Assembly (NCBI RefSeq): GCF_963921235.1
Contig: NC_086108.1
Span: 103,914,001 to 103,978,000, forward strand
Direction: 5' to 3'
Length of the DNA stretch: 64,000 nt
Source: Mobula hypostoma
Taxonomy: Eukaryota
This document shows, one piece after another, positions 25,151-36,559 of the stretch (the stretch's first letter is position 1; every line of letters begins with the position of its first letter). Under the pieces are notes generated by a model. The model made no database searches, was not told the origin of the DNA, and saw only the letters and a program-made list of their open reading frames with translations. A program made the position numbers and the translations under genes.

Positions 25151-27222
25151 CCACGCCTCGCACTTCCCATTTCTACCTCCTACCCAAGATCCACAGTTCC
25201 CACACCTCGCACTTCCCGTTTCTACCTCCTACCCAAGATCCACAAACCTGCCTGTCCTGGTAGACCTATTGTCTCAGCTTACTCCTGCCCCACCGAACTC
25301 GTTTCTGCATACCTCGACACGCTTTTATCTCCCCTTGTTCAATCCCTTCCGACCTATGTTCGTGACACTTCTCACGCTCTTAAACTTTTCGATGATTTTC
25401 CCTGTTCCCTGGCCCCCACCGCTTTATTTTCACCATGGATGTCCAGTCCCTATATACTTGCATCCCCCATCAGGAAGGTCTCAAAGCTCTATGCTTCTTT
25501 TTGGATTCCAGACCTAATCAGTTCCCCTCTACCACCACTCTGCTCCGTCTAGCAGAATTAGTCCTTACTCTTAATAATTTCTCCTTTGGCTCCTCCCACT
25601 TCCTCCAAACTAAAGGTGTAGCTATGGGCACCCGTATGGGTCCTAGCTATACCTGCCTTTTTGTTGGCTTTGTGGAACAATCTATGTTCCGTGCCTATTC
25701 TGGTATCTGTCCCCCACTTTTCCTTTGCTACATCGACGACTGCATTGGTGCTGCTTCCTGCACGCATGCAGAACTCGTTGACTTTATTAACTTTGCCTCC
25801 AACTTTCACCCTGCCCTCAAGTTTACCTGGTCCATTTCCGAGACCTCCCTCCCCTTTCTAGATCTTTCTGTCTCTGTCTCTGGAGACAGCTTATCCACTG
25901 ATGTCTACTATAAGCCTACTGACTCTCACAGCTATCTGGACTATTCCTCTTCTCACCCTGTCTCTTGCAAAAACGCCATCCCCTTCTCGCAATTCCTCCG
26001 TCTCCGCCGCATCTGCTCTCAGGATGAGGCTTTTCATTCTAGGATGAGGGAGATGTCTTCCTTTTTTAAAGAAAGGGGCTTCCCTTCCTCCACTATCAAC
26101 TCTGCTCTTAAACGCATCTCCCCCATTTCACGTACATCTGCTCTCACTCCATCCTCCCACCACCCCACTAGGAATAGGGTTCCCCTGGTCCTCACCTACC
26201 ACCCCACCAGCCTCCGGGTCCAACATATTATTCTCCGTAACTTCTGCCACCTCCAACGGGATCCCACCACTAAGCACATTTTTCCCTCCCCCCCCCCCGC
26301 ATTCCGCAGGGATTGCTCCCTACGCAAGTCCCTTGTCCATTCGTTTCCCCCCCCATCCCTCCCCACTGATCTCCCTCCTGGCACTTATCCGTGTAAGCGG
26401 AACAAGTGCTACACATGCCCTTACACTTCCTCCCTTACCACCATTCAGGGCCCCAAACAGTCCTTCCAGGTGAGGCGACACTTCACCTGTGAGTCGGCTG
26501 GGGTGATATACTGCGTCCGGTGCTCCCGATGTGGCCTTTTATATATTGGCGAGACCCGACGCAGACTGGGAGACCGCTTTGCTGAACATCTACGCTCTGT
26601 CCGCCAGAAAAGCAGGATCTCCCAGTGGCCACACATTTTAATTCCACACCCCATTCCCATTCTGACATGTCTATCCACGGCCTCCTCTACTGTAAAGATG
26701 AAGCCACACTCAGGTTGGAGGAACAACACCTTATATTCCGTCTGGGTAGCCTCCAACCTGATGGCATGAACATCGACTTCTCTAACTTCCGCTAATGCCC
26801 CACCTCCCCCTCGTACCCCATCTGTTACTTATTTTTATTCACACATTCTTTCTCTCACTCTCCTTTTTCTCCCTCTGTCCCTCTGAATATACCTCTTGCC
26901 CATCCTCTGGCCCCCCCCCCCCCCGTCTTTCTTCCCGGACCTCCTGTCCCATGATCCTCTCGTATCCCTTTTGCCTATCACCTGTCCAGCTCTTGGCTCC
27001 ATCCCTCCCCCTCCTGTCTTCTCCTATCATTTTGGATCTCCCCCTCCCCCTCCAACTTTCAAATCCCTTACTCCACTCTTCCTTCAGTTAGTCCTGACGA
27101 AGGGTCTCGGCCTGAAACGTCGACTGCACCTCTTCTTAGAGATGCTGCCTGACCTGCTGTGTTCACTAGCAACTTTTATGTGTGTTGCTTGAATTTCCAG
27201 TATCTGCAGAATTCCTGTTGTT
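25151..27222 (+). mobile_element. 5'-truncated Penelope-like retroelement (RT plus GIY-YIG endonuclease), lightly mutated
   Basis: Motifs FYLLPKIHK...GRPIVS, MDVQSLYT, GVAMGTRMGPSY, YIDD, FLDL and GVIYCVRCSRCGLLYIGETRRRLGDRFAEH are present, with frameshifts near 25400 and 26605. A perfect 14-bp TSD AGACTCTAGTGCTC lies at 25137-50 and 27223-36. Confidence 0.95.
27090..27125 (+). ncRNA. Minimal type I hammerhead ribozyme motif in the Penelope terminal repeat, core intact
   Basis: AGTC-CTGACGA-AGGGTCTCGGCCT-GAAA-CG-TC-GACT. Predicted cut is after 27121. Confidence 0.8.
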
Positions 27223-28310
27223 AGACTCTAGTGCTCACCCAGTTGCTAGTGTCGGTTGTCCATTATATCCGATGACGACAGGAAACCTGTGCGGGAGAGT
27301 TTTTAAGGTGGAAAAGCCATTGCATTGGGGCAGTTCCACTCTCTCAACCTCCAGTGGTACAAGTAGTCGTCACAAACGGGGGTCTTGGTTGGAGCGGATG
27401 ACTATGATTTCCTCTGTGCCTTGCTATGTCCTTTGGTCTTCACAAAGTGTTACAGAACCGCCTTCCTGGCCATTGTGTCTCACTGTTGATCTCACCCGCC
27501 CAGTCTGCCAGAGCTAATTTTGCATGCTTGGACAGGCGTGCCCCTGCCTCACCAGGGTATGAGCCCACCGGCTGCCCTCACCTGGTTTAGCTTCCCTGCT
27601 GAAGTGGTGTGGTCGCTGTCACATGCCAACAGCTACTTGGAGCCACAGGTGAGAGCTGAGTGTGCGGTGGGACCAAAGGTGAGTGAGCTGCCCCAGAATA
27701 GGCACAACAAGCCCTTTCACCAGAGGTGCTACCCCATACACCCCATACACCACCCCCCCCAGGTCCCAGCAGAGGCTTTCCAGCAGCCCTGCTGGGAAAA
27801 CGGGGGGTTTATCTGACAGCAGCACGGATTCTGACACAGGTTCAGTAACTACACTCCTCTCAATGGAGAGGAAACGATCTGGGAGTATGCTATGTTGGCA
27901 CCAGAAATGTGGCAACACTTGTGGGCTGTCTCCAGAACAATCCTCAGACTGTGTTGGTCATTGATGCAAAATGAAGCATTTCAATCTGTTTCCATGTACC
28001 TGTGACAAATATGGCTCATCTTTCTCTTTTTCTTGGGCTGAAGGGCCTGTTTCTGCACAGTTTGACTCAGTGACTTTCTCTCTCTCTCTCTCTGCCTCTG
28101 TCTCTGTGTCTCCTGCTTTCATTCCTGAATAAACGGTAAAAGAAAGTTGAGTGGGAATTGAGATGTTTTCTCTCACATTCTTTGAACATTTCAACCCAGT
28201 AACTGTAAGAAATTGGAGATGTGCCAGCTGACCGATAATGTGATCCCATGCTCTTTACCCATATTTTATAATCACAGAGTTTAAAAAGAAAATTTGTACT
28301 TTTGTACCAG

Positions 28311-28490
28311 GAAAAAGACGATGACAAGGAGAGCAAGGCTGAGATTAAGAGCACAATACGCCCCGGGAAATTAAAACTCAGCTTTGAAGAACTAGAGAGG
28401 CAGAGACAAGACCAGGAAAAGAGAAGAGCAGAGGAGGAGTCGCGACGGCGCATTGAGGAGGAGAAGGCAGCCTTCGCCGAAGCCAGGAAG
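28311..28490 (+). CDS. NEXN: Nexilin coding exon E (180 nt, phase 0-0)
   Basis: taccag acceptor and gtggga donor. Encodes ...[45 protein letters not shown]. Confidence 0.95.
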
Positions 28491-28874
28491 GTGGGAACTA
28501 AGTGATCTGTGTACCTGTCCAACTATCTTTTAAAAGTGATTATTGTACCTGCCTCAACCACTTCCTCTGGCAGCTCGTTCCACGTACATACCTGTGCCCA
28601 TTATCTCTGTATAGTGGGTTCTTAGCTCAGGTGAAGCATTAAACTGGGTGGCACTGTAGTGTAATGCGATAATAGTGCAAATGACCTGAGTTCTCTTCAG
28701 AGAGGGAAAGGGCTGTTGCTAAAAACATTGAGTGTATGTCTTGTGTCTTGTCCATGCCTGAGATGTTTTTACCCACATTTCCTCATTAGTTCTGATGAAG
28801 GGTGTCAGCCCGAAACATTGACTGTACTCTTTTCCATAGGTGCTGCCTGGCCTGCAGAGTTCCTCCAGCATTTT

Positions 28875-29418
28875 AGAAACATAGAAACATGGAAAACCTA
28901 CAGCACAATACAGGCCCTTCGGTCTACAAAGCTGTGCCGAAAATGTCCCTACCTTAGAAATTACCTAGGGTTACCCATAGCCCTCTATTTTTCTAAGCTC
29001 CATGTACCTATCCAGGGGTCTCTTAAAAGACCCTATCGTTTCCGCCTCCACCATCGCCGCCGGCAGCTCATTCCATGCACTCACCACTCTCTGCGTAAAA
29101 CAAAACTTACCCCTGACATCTCCTCTGTACCTACTTCCAAGCACCTTAAATCTATGCCCTCTTGTGCTAGCCATTTCAAACTTGAGAAAAAGCCTCTGAC
29201 TATCCACACAATCAATGCCTCTCAGCATCTTGTACACCTCCATCAGGTCAACTCTCATCCTCCATCGCTCCAAGGAGAAAAGGCTGAGTTCACTCAACCT
29301 ATTCTCATGAGGCATGCTCCCCAATCCAGGCAACATCCTTGTAAAGCTCCTCTGCACCCTTTCTATAGTCTCCAACATCCTTCCTGTAGTGAGGCGACCA
29401 GAACTGAGCACAGTACTC
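28875..29418 (-). mobile_element. CR1-type LINE 3' fragment inserted into a Penelope terminal repeat (about 28785-29470)
   Basis: Encodes ERVQRSFTRMLPGL...FTQRVVSAWNELP, has an AGAAACAT repeat tail, and is flanked by CATTTT at 28869-74 and 29419-24. Confidence 0.85.
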
Positions 29419-31919
29419 CATTTTGTGTGTGTTGCTTGGATTTCTAGCATCTGCAGATTTTCTCTTGTTTCTCCTCGTAATTATTTCTTTTATCCATCCA
29501 TCCAGTACAGAACAGACCCTTCTGGTCCAACGAGCTGCACCCCCCGCCCCCCTGCGCCAGCAACCTACCTATTTTACATTAGCCTAATCCCAGGACAATT
29601 TACAATGACAAATCAGAATCAGGTTTAATATCACTGACATATATCGTGAAATTTGTTTTGCAGCAGCAGGACAATGTCATACATAAAAACCCTATAAATT
29701 ACAATAAGAAACAAAATATATACAAGTTAAAATTTCTTAAATCTAGTGTAAATAGAGAGTAAAAACAGTGAGGTAGTGTTCATGGGTTCATTATCCATTC
29801 AGAAATCTGATGGCAGAGGGGAAGAAGCTGTTCCTGAATCATTGAGTGTGTCTTAAGGTTTCTGTCCCTCCTCCCTGATGATAGCAATGAGAAGAGGGCA
29901 TGTCTTCGGGTGACAGCAGTCCCTAATGATGGATGTGGCCGCCTTGAGGCATTGCTTTTGGACGATGTCCTCAATCCTGGGGAGACTGGTGCCCATGATG
30001 GAGCTGGTTGATTCTCATTGCTGTCTGTAAGGAGTTTGTGTGTTCTTCCTGTGACTGTGTGGGTTTCCTCCCATCATTCCAAAGACGTACGGGTTAGTAA
30101 CCGGTCACGTGGTGTAATTGGGTGGTGTGGGTTCAAAGGGCCGGTTACTCTGCTGAATCTCCAAATAACGTGAAATAAATCTGCCCAAAATTAAGGCCAA
30201 ATGATATTTAACTTTATTTAAAAGAATGAATTACATTTATAACCATGCTTTGAGCTGTGAAATGATTTTAGAGTGCTACTGAAGTAAAGTTCAAAGTAAA
30301 TTTATTATTGAAGTGCTTAAATGTCACCATGTGATATACCCTAAGATTCATTCTCTTGCAGGTGTTCACAGTAGAACAAAGAAATACAATATCTATTTTG
30401 ATAGACGGCTGGAGTCCTTATGAAATGAGGACTGTGATACAAGAAATGTAACAAACTACCTTGGCCTCACAAACAATGCATATTGTCCTGATCGATTTGC
30501 TTAATTAAATTAATTTATTTATTTCGAGATTCAGCACAGTAAAGTCCCTTCCGCCCAATGATCTCACGCTGCCAAATTACACGCTTGTGACCAATTAACC
30601 TGCTAACTGGTACATCTTTGGACTGTGGGAGGAAACCAGAGCACCTGGAGGAAACCCATGCAGTCATGGGGAGAAGGTACAGACAGCTGTGGGAATTGAA
30701 TCTGGGTTGCTGGTGCTCTAAGAGCATAGTAGCTAACCACTACACCACTGTGATGTCCCACGGATAAACTCTGTCTATAAAACGGTTCTATAAAACTCTG
30801 GTTGGATCACAATTGGTGATTTGTGTTCATTTCTGGTCGACTTATTATAGGAAGGATGTGGAAGTTTTAAAGAGGTTGCAGAGGAGATTTACCAGGATAC
30901 TGCCTGGATTAGAGCGCATGAATTATGAGGATAGGTTGAGGGAGTTCAGGCTTTTCGCTTTGGCGTGAAGGAGGATGAGGGGCAGCTTGGTACTTTCTAC
31001 CTATTACATCACTGGCGTTTAGAGCAACGATGAGGTCCTCCATCTCCAGCAGTATTCAGGGTTTCCTTCATCGTGTCCGTAGCTTGGGTTTCACTACTTT
31101 AAGTCATGCAAGTTCTGGGTAGAGACTCGGAATACTGTTGCACTCAGATATAGAAGGATTCTTCTTTTTTGTTTCTGTAACAATTTTGTTTTACCAGTCA
31201 GGGTTGTTAGCCCTGAGCTGAACCCCCAAACCTGGAGGACTACACAAAGCCCTAACTCCAACCAACGTAGCTCTCCAGATCATTGAGGAATGCAGGCCTC
31301 CAAATGACAAACTTGTGGTCCTCTTGGAGGAGACAACTTGTTAGAATTGTACAAGATGATGAGAGGCATAGGTCGAGTAGATCGCCAGAGACTTTTTCCC
31401 CAGGGCAGAAAGGCTAATACAAGGGGGTGTGATTTTGAGTTGATTGGAGGAAAGTATTGGGGGAATTTATATACAGTGAGTGGTGTGTGGAATGCCAAGC
31501 CAAGGGCGGTTGTAGATTTAGACACATTAGGGATATTTGAGAGACTCTTGGTTGGCACGTGGATGATAGAAAGATGGAGAGTTATGCAGGAGGGATGGGT
31601 TAGATTGATCTTAGCCAAAAGGCCTGTTCTATGATGGTTCCTGACCTGAAACGTCAACTCTTCATTTTCCCTCCCACAGATGCCACTCAATCTGCTGAGC
31701 TCCTCAGGATAGTAATAACTGAGCACAGAACGTTGAACAGTTTTGTATTGCTCCTGATTACAGCATCTGCAGTCTCCGATACCTCCATAATGCCATCATA
31801 ACCCTATTTTGGAAGGTTTCATTCACGGAGGAGAAACATGGATGCTAAATTAGAGAATTAAATAGAGAGTGTTTTGTGTAGCTTGGTGAATGTTCTAATC
31901 CATGGACTATTGTACTCAG

Positions 31920-32117
31920 TCTCTAGCCGAAGATGAAGATGATCAGCCCGATCCCAGTGTGGCTCTGAAGGACCCTGCCCGGCCGGGGAAGCTGAAGCTA
32001 AGTTTTGAGGAGCTGGAGCGCCAGCGGCGCAAGGAGGAGCAGCGCAGGGCGGAGGAGGAGGCTCGCAGGCGCTTGGAGGAAGAGCGGAAACAGTTTGCCG
32101 AAGCTCGCAGAAGCATG
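31920..32117 (+). CDS. NEXN: Nexilin coding exon F (198 nt, phase 0-0)
   Basis: actcag acceptor and gtgggt donor. Encodes SLAEDEDDQ...[47 protein letters not shown]. Confidence 0.94.
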
Positions 32118-33120
32118 GTGGGTGTCCCACGTCACAGAGCCTTCCCCTTTTCTGCTGAGGTCTACAGAATTGTTACTTAGTCCTACCGCATTGACACAGG
32201 CCCTTCGGCCCATCTGGTCCATGCTGACCAAGATTTCCATTTGGCTCATATTCATCTAAATCATTCCAAACCATTTACTGTACCTGTACAAGTATCTTCT
32301 AAATATTGTTAATGTTCCTGTCTCAACCACTTCCTCTGGCATCTCATTCCATATACTGACCACTCCCTGAGTGAAAATGTTTTCCCTCATACTCCAATTA
32401 AATCTCTCCCCTCCCGCCTTAAACCTATGCCTCTCCACTTCACCCCTCCCCCACCCTCTCACCTTCCCCCTCACCTGCTCCTGCCTATCGCCTGCTAGCT
32501 TTGTACTCCTCCCCCTCCCCATAACTTATTCTGGCTTTTGTCCCCTTTCGGGATATCAGCCCAAAACGTTGATTGTTTATTCCTCTCCATAGATGCCGTC
32601 TGATCTGCTGAGTTCCTCCAGCATTTTGTGTGTGTTGCTCTGGATTTCCAGCTTCTGCAGAATCTGTTGCATCTGTGCATTCATGTTAACTGTTGCTGCT
32701 CGTGATTTTATACACCTGTATAAAATCACCTCTCCATCTCCTATGCTCTGGTGAATAAAGTCCAAGCCTGCTTAACCTCTCCTTATAACCCTGACTTTTG
32801 TATATCTTTTCTACCCTCTTTCCAGTGGACATAATCCTATTTGGTGTTCTATGCTGATCCACTCATTGCATCCATATCAATGAAAGCACTGATAGTGATT
32901 ATAGAGTCTCGGAGTCCTAGAGCAATACAGCACGGAAACAGGCCCTTCAGCCCACGTGGTCTTCTGCCTAGCCCCATCAACCTGCACTCGGACCATAGCC
33001 CTCCATATCCCTCCCATCCATGTACCTATCCAAGCTTCTCTTAAACATTCCAATTGAGCCTGCATCCACCACTTCTCACTCCCTCTGAGTGGAGGATTTC
33101 CCCTCGTGTTTCCCTTAAAC

Positions 33121-33191
33121 CAGGGATTGCCTACCTTTGTCATGCCATTGACCCCTACCATTAACCGAGGACTCCTCGTTGGGACCCCCTA
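33121..33191. mobile_element. 71-bp hAT (Charlie-like) MITE inside a CR1 fragment
   Basis: Ends CAGGGATTGCCTAC and GTTGGGACCCCCTA resemble the 24566 element. A perfect 8-bp TSD CCTTAAAC lies at 33113-20 and 33192-99. Confidence 0.8.
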
Positions 33192-35486
33192 CCTTAAACA
33201 TTTCACCTTGCATCCTTAAACCATGACCTCTGTGGAAAAGTCCTGCTTGTATTTACCCTATCTATATCCTTCATAATTTTATGTACCTCTTTCAAATCTC
33301 TCCGCTTTCTACTATGCTCCAGGGAGTAAAGTCCTAGCCTATTCAACTTTTCCCTAAAACTCAGGTCCTCAGGTCCTGGCAATTTCCTTGTAAATTTTTC
33401 TCTGCTCTTTTTCAATCTTATTGATATCTTTCATAAGAACATAACATAAATAGGAGCAGGAGTAGGCCATCTGGCCCGTCGAGCCTGCTCTGCCATTCAA
33501 TAAGATGGTGGCTAATCTGGCCACCTACCTGCCTTTTCCCCATAACCCTTAAGTCCTCTACTATGCAAAAATCTATCCAACCTTGTCTTAAATATATTTA
33601 CTAAGGTAGCCTCCACTGCTTCACTGGGCAGAGAAATCCACAGATTCACCACCCTCTGGGAAAAGTAGTTCTCCTCAACTCTGTCCTAAATCTATTCCCC
33701 CAAATCTTGAGGCTATGTCCTCTAGTTCTAGTCTCACCTATCAGTGGAAACAACTTTCTTGCCTCTACCTTATCTATCCCACTTTCCTGCCTCTATCTTA
33801 TCTATCCTGTAGGTAGATGACTAGAAATGCATGCAATACTCCAAATTAGGCCTCACCAACATCTTATTAAATTTCACCGTAACATCACATCTCCTGTACT
33901 TGGTGCCCTGAATTATGAAGGCCAATATGCCAAAATCTCTCTTTACAACCCTATCTATCTGTGATGCCACTTTTAAGGAATTATGGATCTGTATTCGCAG
34001 ATTCCTCTGTTCTACCACACTCGCCATTGCCCTACCACTCACAGTGTAAGTCCTGGTGCATAATAAAGGAGAAAATGCTTAACATGAGCCTGGTGTTATG
34101 AAACGTTCCTGCATGCATATGTGGGGAGTGGGAATCTAAACACGTATGACTCCTTTCAGCAAAATCAAAAGGTTGAAATGCATGCATTTCCTTGTTAGGT
34201 AAAATATATGCAGAAGGCAAGATACAGAAAGGCATTAACTAATTGAATGGTATAACTGCTGAGACTTTGGTAAAGCATTGGACAGACCAGGAGTATTGTG
34301 AGCAGTTTTGGGCCCCTTGTCCAAGAAAGGGTATGCTGGTATTGGAGTGGTTTCAGAGGAGGTTCACGAGAGTCATCCTGGGAATGAAAGGTTTAACACG
34401 TGAGAGTTTGATGGCTCTGGGCCTGTATTCACTGGAGTTTAGAAGAATGGGGGAGGAAGGATCTCATTGAAACGTATTAAATCTTGAAAAGCTTAGATAG
34501 AGTGGATGTGGAGAAGGTGTTTTCTATAAGTTGGAGAGTCTAGGGCCAAAGGGTACAGCTTCAGAATTACAGGGATGTCCTTTTCAAACAGAGAAGAGGA
34601 GGAATTTCTTAAGCCAGCAGGTTAATTGTCACATAACGATAACTGGGCACTACAGGCTCATTGGGCCGAAGGACCTGTTATCATGCTGCATCTCTAAAGT
34701 AAACAGGAGAAAGTCTGCAGATGCTGGAAATCCAAAGCCACACACACAAAATGCTGGAGAAATTCAGCAGGTCAGGCAGCATCTATGGAAATGAATAAGC
34801 AGTTGGTGTTCTGGGCCAAGACCCTTCTTTGCGATGGGAAAGGAAAGGGGAAGATGCCGGAATAAGAAGGTGGGGGGAGTGGAAGGAGGCTAGCCAAAAG
34901 GTGACAAGTGAAACCAGTTGGGTGGGAAGGGTAAAGGGCCGGAGAAGAAGGGATCTGATGGGAGAGGGGAGTGGACCGTAGGAGGAGGGGCACCAGCGGC
35001 AGGTGAGAAGAGGTAAGAGGCCAGAGTGGGGAATAGAAGAGGGAAGGGGGAGGGAAAAAGTAATGCTAGGGCTTTTCAGGTTGATAAATTGGTATATTAT
35101 TGTCACAGGTAGAGTGAAAACTTGCATACTGATCAAGTCAGTACCACAATATATTGAGGTAGTACAAGGGTAAAGAGAATAAGCTCAATGCCGAATAAAG
35201 TGTTGCAGTTACAGAGAAAGTGCAGTGCAGGCAAACAGTAAGGCACAAGGTCGTGATCAGGTAGACTGTGAGGTCAAGAATCTATTTCATCATTGGTTGA
35301 AGAACCTGATGGCAGTGGGGAAGGAACTGTTGTCAAATGTTGAGGTTTGGGTCTTCATGCTTTCTCTTCAGTGACTATCTTTATTTCGACCACAAATTGT
35401 AACTCCTTTGACATTGGTGGCTCCTTTACTGAAGTGATTTTTTTTTTAACTGTTGAAGTTATCCAATGTCCCAATTATTTTTTAAG

Positions 35487-35555
35487 AGTCCAGACCAGGA
35501 TAGCACTCTGAAGGAGCTTTCAAGTTCAGACAAGGAGGATTATGGACCTAACGAA
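35487..35555 (+). CDS. NEXN: Putative additional NEXN cassette exon (69 nt, phase 0-0, SPDQDSTLKELSSSDKEDYGPNE)
   Basis: attattttttaag acceptor and GAA|gtaagg donor enclose 23 open codons in the phase of both neighbouring exons. The peptide is an acidic, Ser-rich linker and the site is in non-repeat sequence. Confidence 0.65.
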
Positions 35556-35985
35556 GTAAGGCATAATTCATTAAAAAGTACAAATATTGTGTAACCAAAT
35601 ATGTTTAATGGCAAAACACTCACCACGTTTCTTTTAGCCTACCTCACTTCTACACAAGGTAAATGCCACTATCTTTTTGATTAATACAGTTTGAGCTTCA
35701 ACTAACTGCAAAGTCTGTTCTGTCTGTGCTTTGGACCTATTGGAAATCCACAGGTGGAGGACCCAAAGGCAAACTGTTGTAATCATCATGCCTATACATG
35801 GGCTTGTGGAATGCATGGTGACGATGGGCAGCAAACCTGCTCCTTAAGCATGATGAAAACATTGTGACCAGATGCTTTTGAATCCTGCTTCCTCAGCACC
35901 CTCTCCCCACAGCCACAGTATCTCCAGAGATACATACATCAGTGTAAAAGGTGGAATCTGAATCAGGTTTAGTATCGCTGACATA

Positions 35986-36559
35986 CACACTCTGGCCACT
36001 TTATTAGGTACACCTGTACACCTGCTTATTAATGCAAATATCTCATCAACCAACCATGTGTCAGCAGCTCAATGCATAAAAGCATGCATACATGGTCAAG
36101 AGGTTCAGTTGCTGTTCAGACTAAATAGCAGAATGGGGAAGAAATGCAACCTAAGCGACTTTGACCATGAAATGATTGTTGGTGCCAGACGGGGTGGTTT
36201 GAGTAACTCAGAAACTGCTGATCTCCTGGGATTTTCATGCACAACAGTCTTTAGCGTTTACAGAGAACGGTGCGAAGAGCAAAAAAGAACATCCAGTGAG
36301 TGGCAGTTCTGAGGGCAAAAACACCTTGTTAATGAGAGAGGTCAGAGGAGAATGGCTACACTGGTTCAAGCTGACAAGAAGGTGACAAAAACTCAAAAAA
36401 AACCATGCATTGCAATAGTGGTGTGCAGCAGAGCATCTCTGAACGCACAACACGTTGAACTTTGAAATGAATGGGCTACCGCAGCAGAAGATCATGAATG
36501 TACACTCAGAGATCACTTTATTAGGGACAGGAGGTACCTAATAAAGTGACTACTGGGCG
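35986..36559 (+). mobile_element. Internally deleted Tc1/mariner element with transposase N-terminal remnant
   Basis: TA flanks at 35984-85 and 36560-61, TIR core CACTTTATTAGGTAC, and the HTH-like MGKKCNLSDFDHEMIVGARRGGLSNSETADLLGFSCTTVFSVYRE. It interrupts a LINE tail that rejoins across the TA. Confidence 0.88.

Noticed and set aside
25435..26769. 444-aa ORF as a domesticated host gene or active element
   Set aside because: It is 5'-truncated, frameshifted on both sides and bounded by a TSD, so it is an ordinary dead Penelope copy.
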